In this document: positions 1-8,637 of the stretch, piece by piece | How positions within the stretch are numbered: the stretch's first letter is position 1 | How the letters are laid out: each line of letters opens with the position of its first letter | Source of the DNA: a virus | Lineage: Duplodnaviria > Caudoviricetes | Length of the DNA: 58,513 bases | IMG/VR virus record: IMGVR_UViG_3300000318_000081 | Span: 1 to 58,513 of that record | Direction: 5' to 3' (one strand) | Program-made: the position numbers and the translations under genes | The notes under the pieces: generated by a model | What the model was told of the DNA's origin: nothing | Databases searched by the model: none | The model's input: the letters and a program-made list of their open reading frames with translations, nothing else

Positions 1-1128
1 CTATACTTGCATAAGCTGGATTAAAATTTGATTGGAAATCATTATCCCTTCGTCCGTTAAACGCAATCTGTTATTGGCAAAAATGACTTTGTTAGTATCT
101 ATAAATGATTTAATATTTTCGTAACAATATTTTCTTAGTTCCGGGCCAAATGTTTGTTCTAAAAACTGGAGGTCTATCCCCTCTAAAGTTCGTAAGGAAA
201 CCATTACATAATCGTTATACCGATCGAAAAGTGTCAGTTCCTCCCTTTCGAATAAAAGAGTGTTATGCTCAATAGCATCTATATATTTAGTGATTGACGC
301 TACATTCCATTGTCTAGAGTTTAAATCGTAGGAGTGAGCCGAAGGACCTATTCCAAGATATGCAGATTGTTTCCAGTAAGATGAATTATGCCGAGAACGG
401 AACCCTTGGGTGGCAAAGTTAGATATTTCATAAGCTTCAAAACCCTTTTCTTTCGTTTTCTTAACCAACAATAAATACATTTCATTCATTATGTCGTCAT
501 CAACAGGCTTGACTTTTCCTTTTTCACGCTGCTTCCACAATGCTGTACCCTCTTCGTAAGTTAGTCCGTATGCCGAAATATGTTGTATGTTAAGACCTAA
601 AGCAGTATTTAGTTGCTGCTCCCAATCAGTAAGAGTCTGTAAAGGTAAACCGTATATCAGATCAATACTAATATTATTGAAACCCGCATTTTGTGAGTTC
701 TTAACAGCCTCAATGGCTTGCTTTGCAGAGTGTCTGCGATTAACTCTTTTCAAATCCTCATCATTGAATGATTGAATACCAATGCTAATTCGATTAAACG
801 GTAAGGAATGTATAGAGTTGAAAAATTCAACAGTCAAATCATCCGGATTGGCCTCAAAGGTAACCTCTGCATCTTTGTCTACGGGATAAGTGCTATAAAT
901 AACATCAAATATCTTCGAGAATTGATCAATTTTCAGGATGCTTGGCGTTCCACCTCCAAAATAAATGGTGTGTATAGGCACATTCTGCAAATAATCTTTG
1001 CGAATTTCGAGCTCTTTTATGATGTTGTCGACTAAAGTAGGTATTAATTTAGGAGCAACTTCTGTGTAAAAATCACAGTAAGTGCATCTCTTTTTACAAA
1101 AAGGAATATGTATGTAAATGCCGGCCAT
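1..1128 (-). CDS. hemW: Radical SAM heme chaperone HemW (HemN-like), host gene
   Basis: YIHIPFCKKRCTYCDF (CxxxCxxC), YFGGGTPS, EANP, YEISNF, HNSSYW motifs. Confidence 0.93.
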   Translation of the reverse strand: MAGIYIHIPFCKKRCTYCDFYTEVAPKLIPTLVDNIIKELEIRKDYLQNVPIHTIYFGGGTPSILKIDQFSKIFDVIYSTYPVDKDAEVTFEANPDDLTVEFFNSIHSLPFNRISIGIQSFNDEDLKRVNRRHSAKQAIEAVKNSQNAGFNNISIDLIYGLPLQTLTDWEQQLNTALGLNIQHISAYGLTYEEGTALWKQREKGKVKPVDDDIMNEMYLLLVKKTKEKGFEAYEISNFATQGFRSRHNSSYWKQSAYLGIGPSAHSYDLNSRQWNVASITKYIDAIEHNTLLFEREELTLFDRYNDYVMVSLRTLEGIDLQFLEQTFGPELRKYCYENIKSFIDTNKVIFANNRLRLTDEGIMISNQILIQLMQV

Positions 1129-1208
1129 TTCTAAGTTTTTATTTTACAGCTATTTGAGATATTCAAATAAGCTTTCTATTATTTTTATTACAAAAATACA
1201 ACAAATAG

Positions 1209-1239
1209 TTTGTTATATCCAAAAAAGCGCGTATCTTTG
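1209..1239 (+). promoter_or_regulatory. Bacteroidota primary-sigma promoter of tRNA-Pro
   Basis: TTTG at 1209-1212 and TATCTTTG (TAnnTTTG) at 1232-1239. Confidence 0.75.
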
Positions 1240-1299
1240 CACTCGCTTTTCAGAAATACATTTGCATTGCAAAACGCAAAACATTTCAAAGAAAACACT

Positions 1300-1374
1300 C
1301 GGGGTGTAGCGCAGTCCGGTTAGCGCACCTGCTTTGGGAGCAGGGGGTCGTGGGTTCGAATCCCGCTACCCCGA
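1300..1374 (+). tRNA. tRNA-Pro(TGG), host; probable prophage attachment site
   Basis: Canonical cloverleaf; anticodon stem CCTGC/GCAGG with loop TTTGGGA; GTTCGAATC T-loop; integrase 170 nt downstream. Confidence 0.96.
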
Positions 1375-1381
1375 CAAATTT

Positions 1382-1432
1382 AAAGAGATTGATTACAAGC
1401 TATTTAAGGCTTGAAATCAGTCTCTTTTTTTT
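1382..1432 (+). terminator. Rho-independent terminator after tRNA-Pro
   Basis: AGAGATTGATT...AATCAGTCTCT hairpin followed by a T run. Confidence 0.7.
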
Positions 1433-1545
1433 GTGAAAATAACTAATGAAAACGGCAACAAAACAGTGACATTGCCGATGAATGAAGGTCATTGAAGATG
1501 ATAAAAACAACATAACAACAACAACAAATAATAAACACCAACATC

Positions 1546-2769
1546 ATGTCAACAGTCAAATTAGTTTTGGTACAAGATCGACCAACAAAAGAAGGTAAGT
1601 ATCCAATAAGACTTCGGTTCGCTGCAAATTCAAAACGCTCCGATGTAAATTTGGATGTATTTGTAGATTCAGAAAATTGGGATGCAAAAGAAATGTATGT
1701 TTTGCCGGGGGAACAAAAATACAAGGCCAAAAATATAATTATCCAAGAAGCATTTGATAAAGCCGAAGATTTTATCAAAGATTTGAATAAGAAAAACAGA
1801 TTTATAAATGACGCAAAACAACTTCGTGATCTATTTTGTAAAAAAGAAGAGTCTGTTATGTTCTTGGATCGGCTATATGAATTAGCACAAAGAAGAGGAG
1901 GTAAGACAAAAGAGACATATATAGGCACCTGGAATAAATTAAAGGCATATACTAAGGATGATATTTATTTTGAGGATATTACTCAATCATGGTTAGAGGA
2001 TTTTGATAACTGGTGTGTAAAGGAAGGAAATAGAGTAAACACGCGTGGTATTCATTTTCGAAACATGAGAGCTGTTTTTAATGCAGCTATTAATGATCGA
2101 GTTATTAGTGCCGATCTTTACCCTTTTCGAAGCTTTAAGATAAGCGTAGAGGAAACAGAGAAGAGAACACTTACACTTATTGAGTTTCAAAAGTTATTAG
2201 CTTACAACGGCTCTATTCAGGAAAATTGGGCTAGAGATGTATTTCTGTTGTCGTTCTACCTACTTGGGATCAATATGAAGGATTTGTTTAGTTTAGAACC
2301 TGTGGAAAATGAAGAAGTAAAATACAGGAGACATAAAACACATAAGCTATTCAATATAGCAATGGAGCCTGAAACATTAGTTTTAATTGAAAGGTATAAG
2401 GGTTCTACTTCATTGTTGAATTTTTCAAATACAATTGCCCATCATGAAAATTTCAGAAAGAAGGTGAATCGGTATCTGAAAAAAATAACTGAAGCAATAA
2501 ATAAAGAAGAGGCGAAGAATAAGAGTGAATTTAGAATTCGGGAATTTACGACTTATGCCGCCCGGCACTCGTGGGCAACTTTCGCTGGGGAACTTGATAT
2601 AGCTGACAAAACTATAAGCATGGCTATGGGCCACGAGTCGGATGGAAATACGACAACAAACATCTACATCCAATTCAATCATAAGAAAGTCATTGAAGCA
2701 AATAGAAAAGTAATTGATTATGTACTAAACAAAAAAGGCGCACTTCACAGTGAACCTTCCTCTTGTTGA
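1546..2769 (+). CDS. int: Tyrosine integrase (Bacteroidota arm-binding + SAM-like + catalytic domains)
   Basis: N-term KEGKYPIRLR; LGINMKDL, YRRHKT, YAARHSWAT, MGH, TNIY. Confidence 0.93.
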   Translation: MSTVKLVLVQDRPTKEGKYPIRLRFAANSKRSDVNLDVFVDSENWDAKEMYVLPGEQKYKAKNIIIQEAFDKAEDFIKDLNKKNRFINDAKQLRDLFCKKEESVMFLDRLYELAQRRGGKTKETYIGTWNKLKAYTKDDIYFEDITQSWLEDFDNWCVKEGNRVNTRGIHFRNMRAVFNAAINDRVISADLYPFRSFKISVEETEKRTLTLIEFQKLLAYNGSIQENWARDVFLLSFYLLGINMKDLFSLEPVENEEVKYRRHKTHKLFNIAMEPETLVLIERYKGSTSLLNFSNTIAHHENFRKKVNRYLKKITEAINKEEAKNKSEFRIREFTTYAARHSWATFAGELDIADKTISMAMGHESDGNTTTNIYIQFNHKKVIEANRKVIDYVLNKKGALHSEPSSC

Positions 2770-2809
2770 TAAAATTTTTGCCTATAATAAAATAATCAAT
2801 CTAAATGCG

Positions 2810-2886
2810 CGGAACTAATCGGACTTAAACCGACTCCCTCTACCGTGACAGGGTAGCATGCAAAGTATCACTCACACCTTAATTCC
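2810..2886 (-). tRNA. Phage tRNA-Asp(GTC), degenerate
   Basis: Acceptor GGAATTA/TAGTTCC; anticodon stem CTACC/GGTAG with loop CTGTCAC; atypical T-loop TTTAAGT; weak D-arm lacking GG. Confidence 0.65.
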
Positions 2887-2893
2887 AATTTAC

Positions 2894-2974
2894 AACAAAT
2901 ACCATCGTAGATTCGAACTACTTACAATCTAAATTAGATTAGCCATTACCAGTCGGACTCTTCCGGTATTTGTT
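2894..2974 (-). ncRNA. tRNA-like RNA with collapsed anticodon loop
   Basis: 10-bp closing stem AACAAATACC/GGTATTTGTT; D-stem AGTC/GGCT around TGGTAA; T-arm GTAG-TTCGAAT-CTAC; middle arm AATCTA-ATT-TAGATT. Confidence 0.55.
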
Positions 2975-2976
2975 TG

Positions 2977-3049
2977 CGCCCCCTGATGGATTCGAACCAC
3001 CGACCATTGCATTAACAGTGCAAAGCTCTGCCAACTGAGCTAAGGAAAC
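2977..3049 (-). tRNA. Phage tRNA-Asn(GTT)
   Basis: TAGCTCAGTTGGCAGAGC D-arm; TTGCA-CTGTTAA-TGCAA anticodon arm; GGTTCGAATCC; three G-U pairs in the acceptor stem. Confidence 0.88.
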
Positions 3050-3182
3050 ATTTACCGGGCTTTTAAAGTTATACCGGCATAAACTTTATTTCTGCGAGTC
3101 TCCTATCCGGTTGTACTTCTCGGAAATAAACGCCAATTGCAATTAACGCTTACTTTCAAAGACTCTTTTCTTGGTTGTTTTG

Positions 3183-3256
3183 TTGCGGGAACAGGATTTG
3201 AACCTGTGACCTTTGGGTTATGAGTCCAACGAGCTACCAGACTGCTCTATCCCGCT
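3183..3256 (-). tRNA. Phage tRNA-Met(CAT), initiator-like
   Basis: GCGGGA/TCCCGC acceptor with 1:72 mismatch; loop CTCATAA; GGTTCAAATCC; anticodon stem TTGGA/CCCAA has one mismatch. Confidence 0.85.
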
Positions 3257-3260
3257 ATAT

Positions 3261-3785
3261 TTATTTCATGTACTTTGAAGCGTAAGCAATGTACCTTTGT
3301 TTTGCTTCGTACTGATCTTGGCTACTCATTTTGTTATTATCACCTTCCGGGGTATAATAGAATGATTCCTTTTTTACATCAACTCTTTTATCAATAAGTT
3401 TCAATGTTCTCATTCTATTGAGTTCATTTCTCATATTGGTTTTTATATCCAATGCAAGCGAATTCTTTTCGCCTATAGACTGATCCGTACTCCAAAGTTT
3501 CTCAATAAGCTCTATTTCACGCTCCTTGTATTTCTCTGCGAAAAAACGCATTTGTCTTGGAGAATAGCAGTTAGTTCTTTTGAGAATTTCAATCTCTTTG
3601 TTGTTTACTGCAACGAGTTTATCACTTGAAGTCAGGATAACGCAATACTGTTTATTTATCGCGCTCTGTTTCATTTTTGCAAGAGATATGGCTAATTTAA
3701 GTTTCAAAGAATGCCTACGATAAAATAGCCATGCTTTTAATATTGAGTAGTATTCTTTGAAATCGAGAATTATAGCTTTGAACAT
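3261..3785 (-). CDS. Hypothetical phage protein downstream of TerL
   Basis: 174-aa ORF with its own promoter. Confidence 0.7.
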   Translation of the reverse strand: MFKAIILDFKEYYSILKAWLFYRRHSLKLKLAISLAKMKQSAINKQYCVILTSSDKLVAVNNKEIEILKRTNCYSPRQMRFFAEKYKEREIELIEKLWSTDQSIGEKNSLALDIKTNMRNELNRMRTLKLIDKRVDVKKESFYYTPEGDNNKMSSQDQYEAKQRYIAYASKYMK

Positions 3786-3799
3786 ATTTCTTTTTTCTG

Positions 3800-3860
3800 C
3801 AAATATAGTCGAACTTTACTATTTATAATACTTTCTAAATAAAAAGTTTTCCACAATTTT
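3800..3860 (-). promoter_or_regulatory. DnaA-box promoter copy A
   Basis: Minus strand TGTGGAAAA (3855-3847), ATTTAGAA-agta-TTATAAAT, TATATTTG (3807-3800); near-identical to 15864-15925. Confidence 0.8.
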
Positions 3861-5952
3861 AAAAACTGCTCTCATTTACGACTCTTCTTCTAACTGGAGC
3901 GTGAGTTATTTCGATTATTCTTGGAATAGGTAAAGTATAACAGATATGATTTCCGATCATTCGAGTAATCAATATATCATCATGGGCCCCCAATTTAGCA
4001 CCGAACGAACCATTTTTCTTCTTCTCGAATACTCTAGCTTCGTTTAATGCTTCTTCTGATCTTTCTTTGTATCCGCGCTCTCTCAAAGAGGCAACATAAT
4101 CATCGATGATCATTGTCTTTGTTGAGGTGTTCATGTGGAAGCCATAAACGACCGCTTCACCTTCAATAATTTTATCAGCCGGGGTTCGAGAATAAAGGTT
4201 ATCATAGAATTCTGCAATTGTATCAAAGATAAATTCCGTGTGATCTCCTTCGTTTTTCTCGGTATCGTGTGTGTTACTTTCAATTACTAATAAAGCATGA
4301 TTGTAATAAACGGCTATTTGTGTACTGATCCAGACCAAAAGGTCATGATCAATATGGCCTTTCCATTCGGCCACTACTTCCGGCTTACCTCCGTACATCA
4401 TCCAATAACGATCAAAAACAGTTATTACAGAATAATCCGCTTTTTCACTCCGGCCTCCGGTGTCAACAACAACTACATATCGATCTGATATTTTTTCCAG
4501 TTCCGGAAAGTTCCATATTTTTAGTTTGTTTCGTTCTTTTATATTCCTAGTCTTTGTATCTGAGGTAGTAAATCCTTCTAAAGCTACTCGATCCTCGGTA
4601 AACTTTACGTTCAATAATACTTCTTTTCTTTTCGATGGGAATAGTTTAGCCGTTGAAGGATTACAATCTCCTGATATGTCCCCAATGGCTGTCGGGAATC
4701 GGCAGTCTTTTCTTAAAGCTTCTACATCTTCAGCTCTAAACACTGGTTGACCTGAGTCTTGGAAGGCTTCAATATCATCACTGGGAAACTCTTGTTTCAT
4801 CAATGAATGTGATGTCATTTCCGACAACTTCCCTCTGTACCAATTAATATTTTCTAAGGTACATTCAATATGATTGATAAATAGATTTGTTTCGTATTCG
4901 GTAAATGTCTTTATGAAATCACTTATTGATCCTTTTACTTTTCTTCCTCTGTGATTATAATACGTTCCATCAAATGGCTCTCTATACATATCAATCAGGT
5001 ACCACGGAACAAATACAGGATCAAAAACAGATTCACCGTTTTTAGATTTTTGCCACTCAGTATGAAAGAAGTCTCCAACTCCTTTGGCAGTACTTTCATA
5101 AGCAACTAACGTAAGCGGAACGCGGGGGATCGAGCCGACAATAGATGAAATCAAATCATCTGTCTTCTTCATTTCCGTATTAGGATAAAGGCCGACTTCC
5201 GAAAAGTGGACCATCTTTGCATCTTGTGACCGGACACTCTCCGGGGTTTCTGCAGAACCTACGGTTATTCTACATCCACGGCCGCTTAGAATCTTGATAT
5301 TTTGAGTTCCTTCAAATGGTTTTAATTCGTACCGTTCATCACAAATAGGTATCATTTTAGAAACGACAAGTGAAAACATCGCTCGAATGTTTATGGCCGC
5401 TTGGTTTACATGGGCGCAAATTACGCTATTCCAGTTCTTTTTATGGATGGTTTGAATCCAGTGCATGTAAAGCTGAATCAAAGTTGAGCCTCCCCACTGG
5501 CGGGCCTTTAGAAGTATTACGCGGATAGGAGAACCGGATACTCTCATTTTCTCTAACCGGTCTAATAACCTTCTTTGTCCTCTGTTTATTTTAAATAGGA
5601 TCGGATCGGCCGTTACTTTATCAAAGATTGTATCACAAGTAATAGCAAAGTATTCAAAATCAAATTTATATCTGGTTTCACAGAATTCTATCCAAAATCT
5701 ATCTATAAATCCTTGTGCTGTATCTTCTTTTGATGCTTCGAGTAATTTTTTAATGGAACCATATTTGAGAAGTTTCTTACAAACGTCTAATTTCATCATT
5801 GGCTTAGGCAGGTACAACAAAGGTAAGGGCGCATCCTCTATACAGATTTGCACCCTTTCCCCTTGACATCCTTCTCCTGTAACCGGATTATAAGGTTTGT
5901 CTATTTGTTTATGTCTTTGGGTATTCTCTAATATGATTTCATTTGTATCCAA
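3859..5952 (-). CDS. terL: Terminase large subunit
   Basis: LLKARQWGGST Walker A, HFSEVG Walker B, ESTAKG, VVVVDTGG..DYS and HDD nuclease motifs. Confidence 0.93.
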   Translation of the reverse strand: MDTNEIILENTQRHKQIDKPYNPVTGEGCQGERVQICIEDAPLPLLYLPKPMMKLDVCKKLLKYGSIKKLLEASKEDTAQGFIDRFWIEFCETRYKFDFEYFAITCDTIFDKVTADPILFKINRGQRRLLDRLEKMRVSGSPIRVILLKARQWGGSTLIQLYMHWIQTIHKKNWNSVICAHVNQAAINIRAMFSLVVSKMIPICDERYELKPFEGTQNIKILSGRGCRITVGSAETPESVRSQDAKMVHFSEVGLYPNTEMKKTDDLISSIVGSIPRVPLTLVAYESTAKGVGDFFHTEWQKSKNGESVFDPVFVPWYLIDMYREPFDGTYYNHRGRKVKGSISDFIKTFTEYETNLFINHIECTLENINWYRGKLSEMTSHSLMKQEFPSDDIEAFQDSGQPVFRAEDVEALRKDCRFPTAIGDISGDCNPSTAKLFPSKRKEVLLNVKFTEDRVALEGFTTSDTKTRNIKERNKLKIWNFPELEKISDRYVVVVDTGGRSEKADYSVITVFDRYWMMYGGKPEVVAEWKGHIDHDLLVWISTQIAVYYNHALLVIESNTHDTEKNEGDHTEFIFDTIAEFYDNLYSRTPADKIIEGEAVVYGFHMNTSTKTMIIDDYVASLRERGYKERSEEALNEARVFEKKKNGSFGAKLGAHDDILITRMIGNHICYTLPIPRIIEITHAPVRRRVVNESSF

Positions 5953-6540
5953 TTATCGTAAAATAAAAAACGTAATCAAACTTCCAATTCCGGCAAACAG
6001 CCATTTTGTATTCTTTCCTTTGTTAGCCTTTACTAAAGACTTACTCAGTCCATCACTTATAGCAATCTGTTTTGTATAGGCATTTCCAACAGTCAAAGCA
6101 ATTGAATCTATTGCCTGCTTTTGATTGTGGCACTCGGCTAATTGAATTGAATCAGATACACTCTTTCTTACTAAACTGTCAGAATATCGTTTCTGTGCAA
6201 CTATAGCACTATCGCAATCAGGTGTCAGGTCTGAATCTTTCAGGGCTTTAGTTACTTTTTTTTCAGAATCGGCTTTTTGCCATTTTATAACCGGCTTTAA
6301 TCCGTCTGAAATTTTCTTTTGAGCTACTTCTAACGCCTTTGAAATTTCGGCTTTGTCAGATAAAAATTTGGTTGTCAAATCAGTTTTCTGTTTATTGAGT
6401 TTTGTGTCAACATCCGATTGCGTTATCACCTTGTCTGTTTTATTTCCAGAGAAGTAAGATATTATTCCTACTGAAAGTAATATTCCTACTGCCAGACATA
6501 TTACAGCAACTTTCCAATGTAATTTAATGTACTCTTTCAT
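5953..6540 (-). CDS. Spanin-like membrane protein (candidate)
   Basis: Hydrophobic segments at both termini, helical middle, directly after the endolysin. Confidence 0.5.
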   Translation of the reverse strand: MKEYIKLHWKVAVICLAVGILLSVGIISYFSGNKTDKVITQSDVDTKLNKQKTDLTTKFLSDKAEISKALEVAQKKISDGLKPVIKWQKADSEKKVTKALKDSDLTPDCDSAIVAQKRYSDSLVRKSVSDSIQLAECHNQKQAIDSIALTVGNAYTKQIAISDGLSKSLVKANKGKNTKWLFAGIGSLITFFILR

Positions 6541-6546
6541 GGTTTT

Positions 6547-7053
6547 TTATTTTGTAAAAAATTGTAGAACTGATTTCGTTGCCAGGATAGCTTCTGATTT
6601 GCGTCTGAATTGCAAACCGAGCTTTGGTACTCCCTGACCAGTTATATAGTGTGTAGTCCACCAATCATAAAGAGCCGGGCTATTTGTATTTACCAACTGA
6701 ATCAAGTCGTGGCTTCCGCCTGTATTCATTGTGTGACAAACTAATGCAGCATAAAGGTTGTCAGATACCTTGGCTGTGAGATGGCGATGAATAAATAGTT
6801 CAGCCGTTTGATTGTCGATTACGAGTTGCGCGTCAGCCTGCGCCGGCGTATGAATTTTAGATAGAGAATACGCGAGTTTCTTATTTTCTATCCCTTTGAT
6901 GAAATTTCCCTTTGAATCGACCATCGCATGCCCCCAACCCTCAGTCCAAATTCCACAACAGTCCATTTTGGGCTGCAATCCTATGAGAGTCAAATCGCCA
7001 TCATTCAAAGATTCATAATGCTCTTCGAGTTGTAATCCATTATTATTTATCAT
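6547..7053 (-). CDS. Endolysin, GH24 lysozyme
   Basis: E...DCCGIWTEGWGH and GLQFRRKSEA motifs. Confidence 0.85.
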   Translation of the reverse strand: MINNNGLQLEEHYESLNDGDLTLIGLQPKMDCCGIWTEGWGHAMVDSKGNFIKGIENKKLAYSLSKIHTPAQADAQLVIDNQTAELFIHRHLTAKVSDNLYAALVCHTMNTGGSHDLIQLVNTNSPALYDWWTTHYITGQGVPKLGLQFRRKSEAILATKSVLQFFTK

Positions 7054-7273
7054 CTTCTTGTTCTTTATAGCTCTGAGCCCACGCTATTACAGCGATTAAA
7101 ACAGAGCTGATATACCAAATACTTTGCGTGAACCAATCGGGTGGATTCCCTAATGCGCCTCTTGAAATAGCCCCAGCTATAAATAATGCAGCTACAGCAA
7201 TATTCCTTATCCGTTTCTTTTTTAATGGAGTGGGGGACATGAAATTACCCCACCATGTTTTTAGTTTATTCAT
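7043..7273 (-). CDS. Small two-TM protein (holin/antiholin candidate)
   Basis: 76 aa, two hydrophobic helices, between holin and endolysin. Confidence 0.55.
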   Translation of the reverse strand: MNKLKTWWGNFMSPTPLKKKRIRNIAVAALFIAGAISRGALGNPPDWFTQSIWYISSVLIAVIAWAQSYKEQEDDK

Positions 7274-7830
7274 TGTTTACCTTTCTTTTTTAAAGTCTTA
7301 TTCTCCTTGTTCGTTTTCATCTTTTCCTTAAATACTTCTTTAGATGCAAGAATCTCTTCAACCTCACTTTCGCTTATTCCTAACTTTGTTGCGACCTCGC
7401 CTTTGAGTGGGATCATAATTGCTTTAAAGAATACAAAATTCGGTTTTAGGATAAGTCCATTTGCAGCAATACTTATCAATTCAACTACAGCAGCTATAGC
7501 GAAACTAAACAAAAGCCCATACACTGTGTGTGTTCCTAGTGTAGTTTCGAATAAGTAAACTGAAGCAAACCAAATAGTATAAAATAGAACTTTCCAACCA
7601 GTCTCGCGCCCTAGATATGACTGTGTGTAATCACCTCGTTTTTTAGCTACTAAAACCCCCAAGACTGCATCTAAAAATATGATTGCTAGAATTGCATAAT
7701 AGATGTACAATGCCGGATGAAAGTAGGCCAGAATAGAAGTTGCAATAACGCTCACCCAACCCCAAGTTTTCGACAAAATGTCTACCGCCTTATCAGCAGT
7801 TTTTATGGCTATTTTTAGTAGATTATCCAT
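7270..7830 (-). CDS. Holin (phage holin family 4-like)
   Basis: IIFLDAVLGV..S..G..K...Y and ELISIAAN patterns; several TM helices; basic C-tail. Confidence 0.78.
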   Translation of the reverse strand: MDNLLKIAIKTADKAVDILSKTWGWVSVIATSILAYFHPALYIYYAILAIIFLDAVLGVLVAKKRGDYTQSYLGRETGWKVLFYTIWFASVYLFETTLGTHTVYGLLFSFAIAAVVELISIAANGLILKPNFVFFKAIMIPLKGEVATKLGISESEVEEILASKEVFKEKMKTNKENKTLKKKGKQ

Positions 7831-7834
7831 TCGA

Positions 7835-8299
7835 TTATTTGGTTTTTGTCATGAATGGGATGAAACGCTGTGTCGTAGTTGGCAGCATCTTGAATTTTCG
7901 AAGAAGATTTCTGTCAAATAGAACTACCTTAATTTCTCGTTCTTTATTCAAATCGTTTAAATACTTAGTATTAAGTTTTTCATACTCTGCATTTTCTTTT
8001 TCTGAAAAAAAAGATTTTCCAAAATCGAATCCAAACTCTTTCAACTGTGGTGATTCGGCCAATTGCTCCTGAGTATATAATTCTTTTTTCTTATCGTTTG
8101 ATAAATTCCAAGCAGTATCTATAAGAGTTTGAAGTCGCTTAGGCATCAACTTTCTTATTTTGTCGATCTCAGGTTCGAGTAATTGTAAATTATCAAATAA
8201 TGCATATTGAATATCAACATCATCAATCTGATTCTTTTCACAAAATTCCAATAAGAACTGTACATTGTTATAGTAATTTTGAATCTCAAATAATTTCAT
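7835..8299 (-). CDS. Hypothetical protein
   Basis: 154-aa ORF in the late operon. Confidence 0.65.
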   Translation of the reverse strand: MKLFEIQNYYNNVQFLLEFCEKNQIDDVDIQYALFDNLQLLEPEIDKIRKLMPKRLQTLIDTAWNLSNDKKKELYTQEQLAESPQLKEFGFDFGKSFFSEKENAEYEKLNTKYLNDLNKEREIKVVLFDRNLLRKFKMLPTTTQRFIPFMTKTK

Positions 8300-8315
8300 T
8301 TTGTTTCGGTTTTAA

Positions 8316-8606
8316 TTAAGCACTTACGTCAGTTAATAATTGATTGTAAATAGCATCAACATCATTAATGACTGTTTGTCTGTCAACTAATAAGGACGAG
8401 TTACTAAAATTGTAATTAATGGAGAAAGTAGAGTTGCTTAAATCTGGAATATTGAAGCTTCCGATGTTAACCCCCTTTTTATTAATCTGCCCGTTTGCAC
8501 TAGCTAATTTGGATTCATTTACTACGTAATTTAATACATAATCAAAATCACCTATAGTCGTTTTGGCACTTCGATTCTTTGTTTCTAATGTTGTTGTAAT
8601 TTCCAT
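8316..8606 (-). CDS. Hypothetical protein, possible tail-fibre accessory
   Basis: 96-aa ORF directly after the fibre gene. Confidence 0.6.
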   Translation of the reverse strand: MEITTTLETKNRSAKTTIGDFDYVLNYVVNESKLASANGQINKKGVNIGSFNIPDLSNSTFSINYNFSNSSLLVDRQTVINDVDAIYNQLLTDVSA

Positions 8607-8637
8607 TTTGTTTATTTTTAATTGTTATAAAATTTAT

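Noticed and set aside
1546-2769. Integrase as a pseudogene because of the Arg-to-Asn change
   Set aside because: ORF is full length with the other catalytic motifs intact, and this variant is familiar among Bacteroidota integrases
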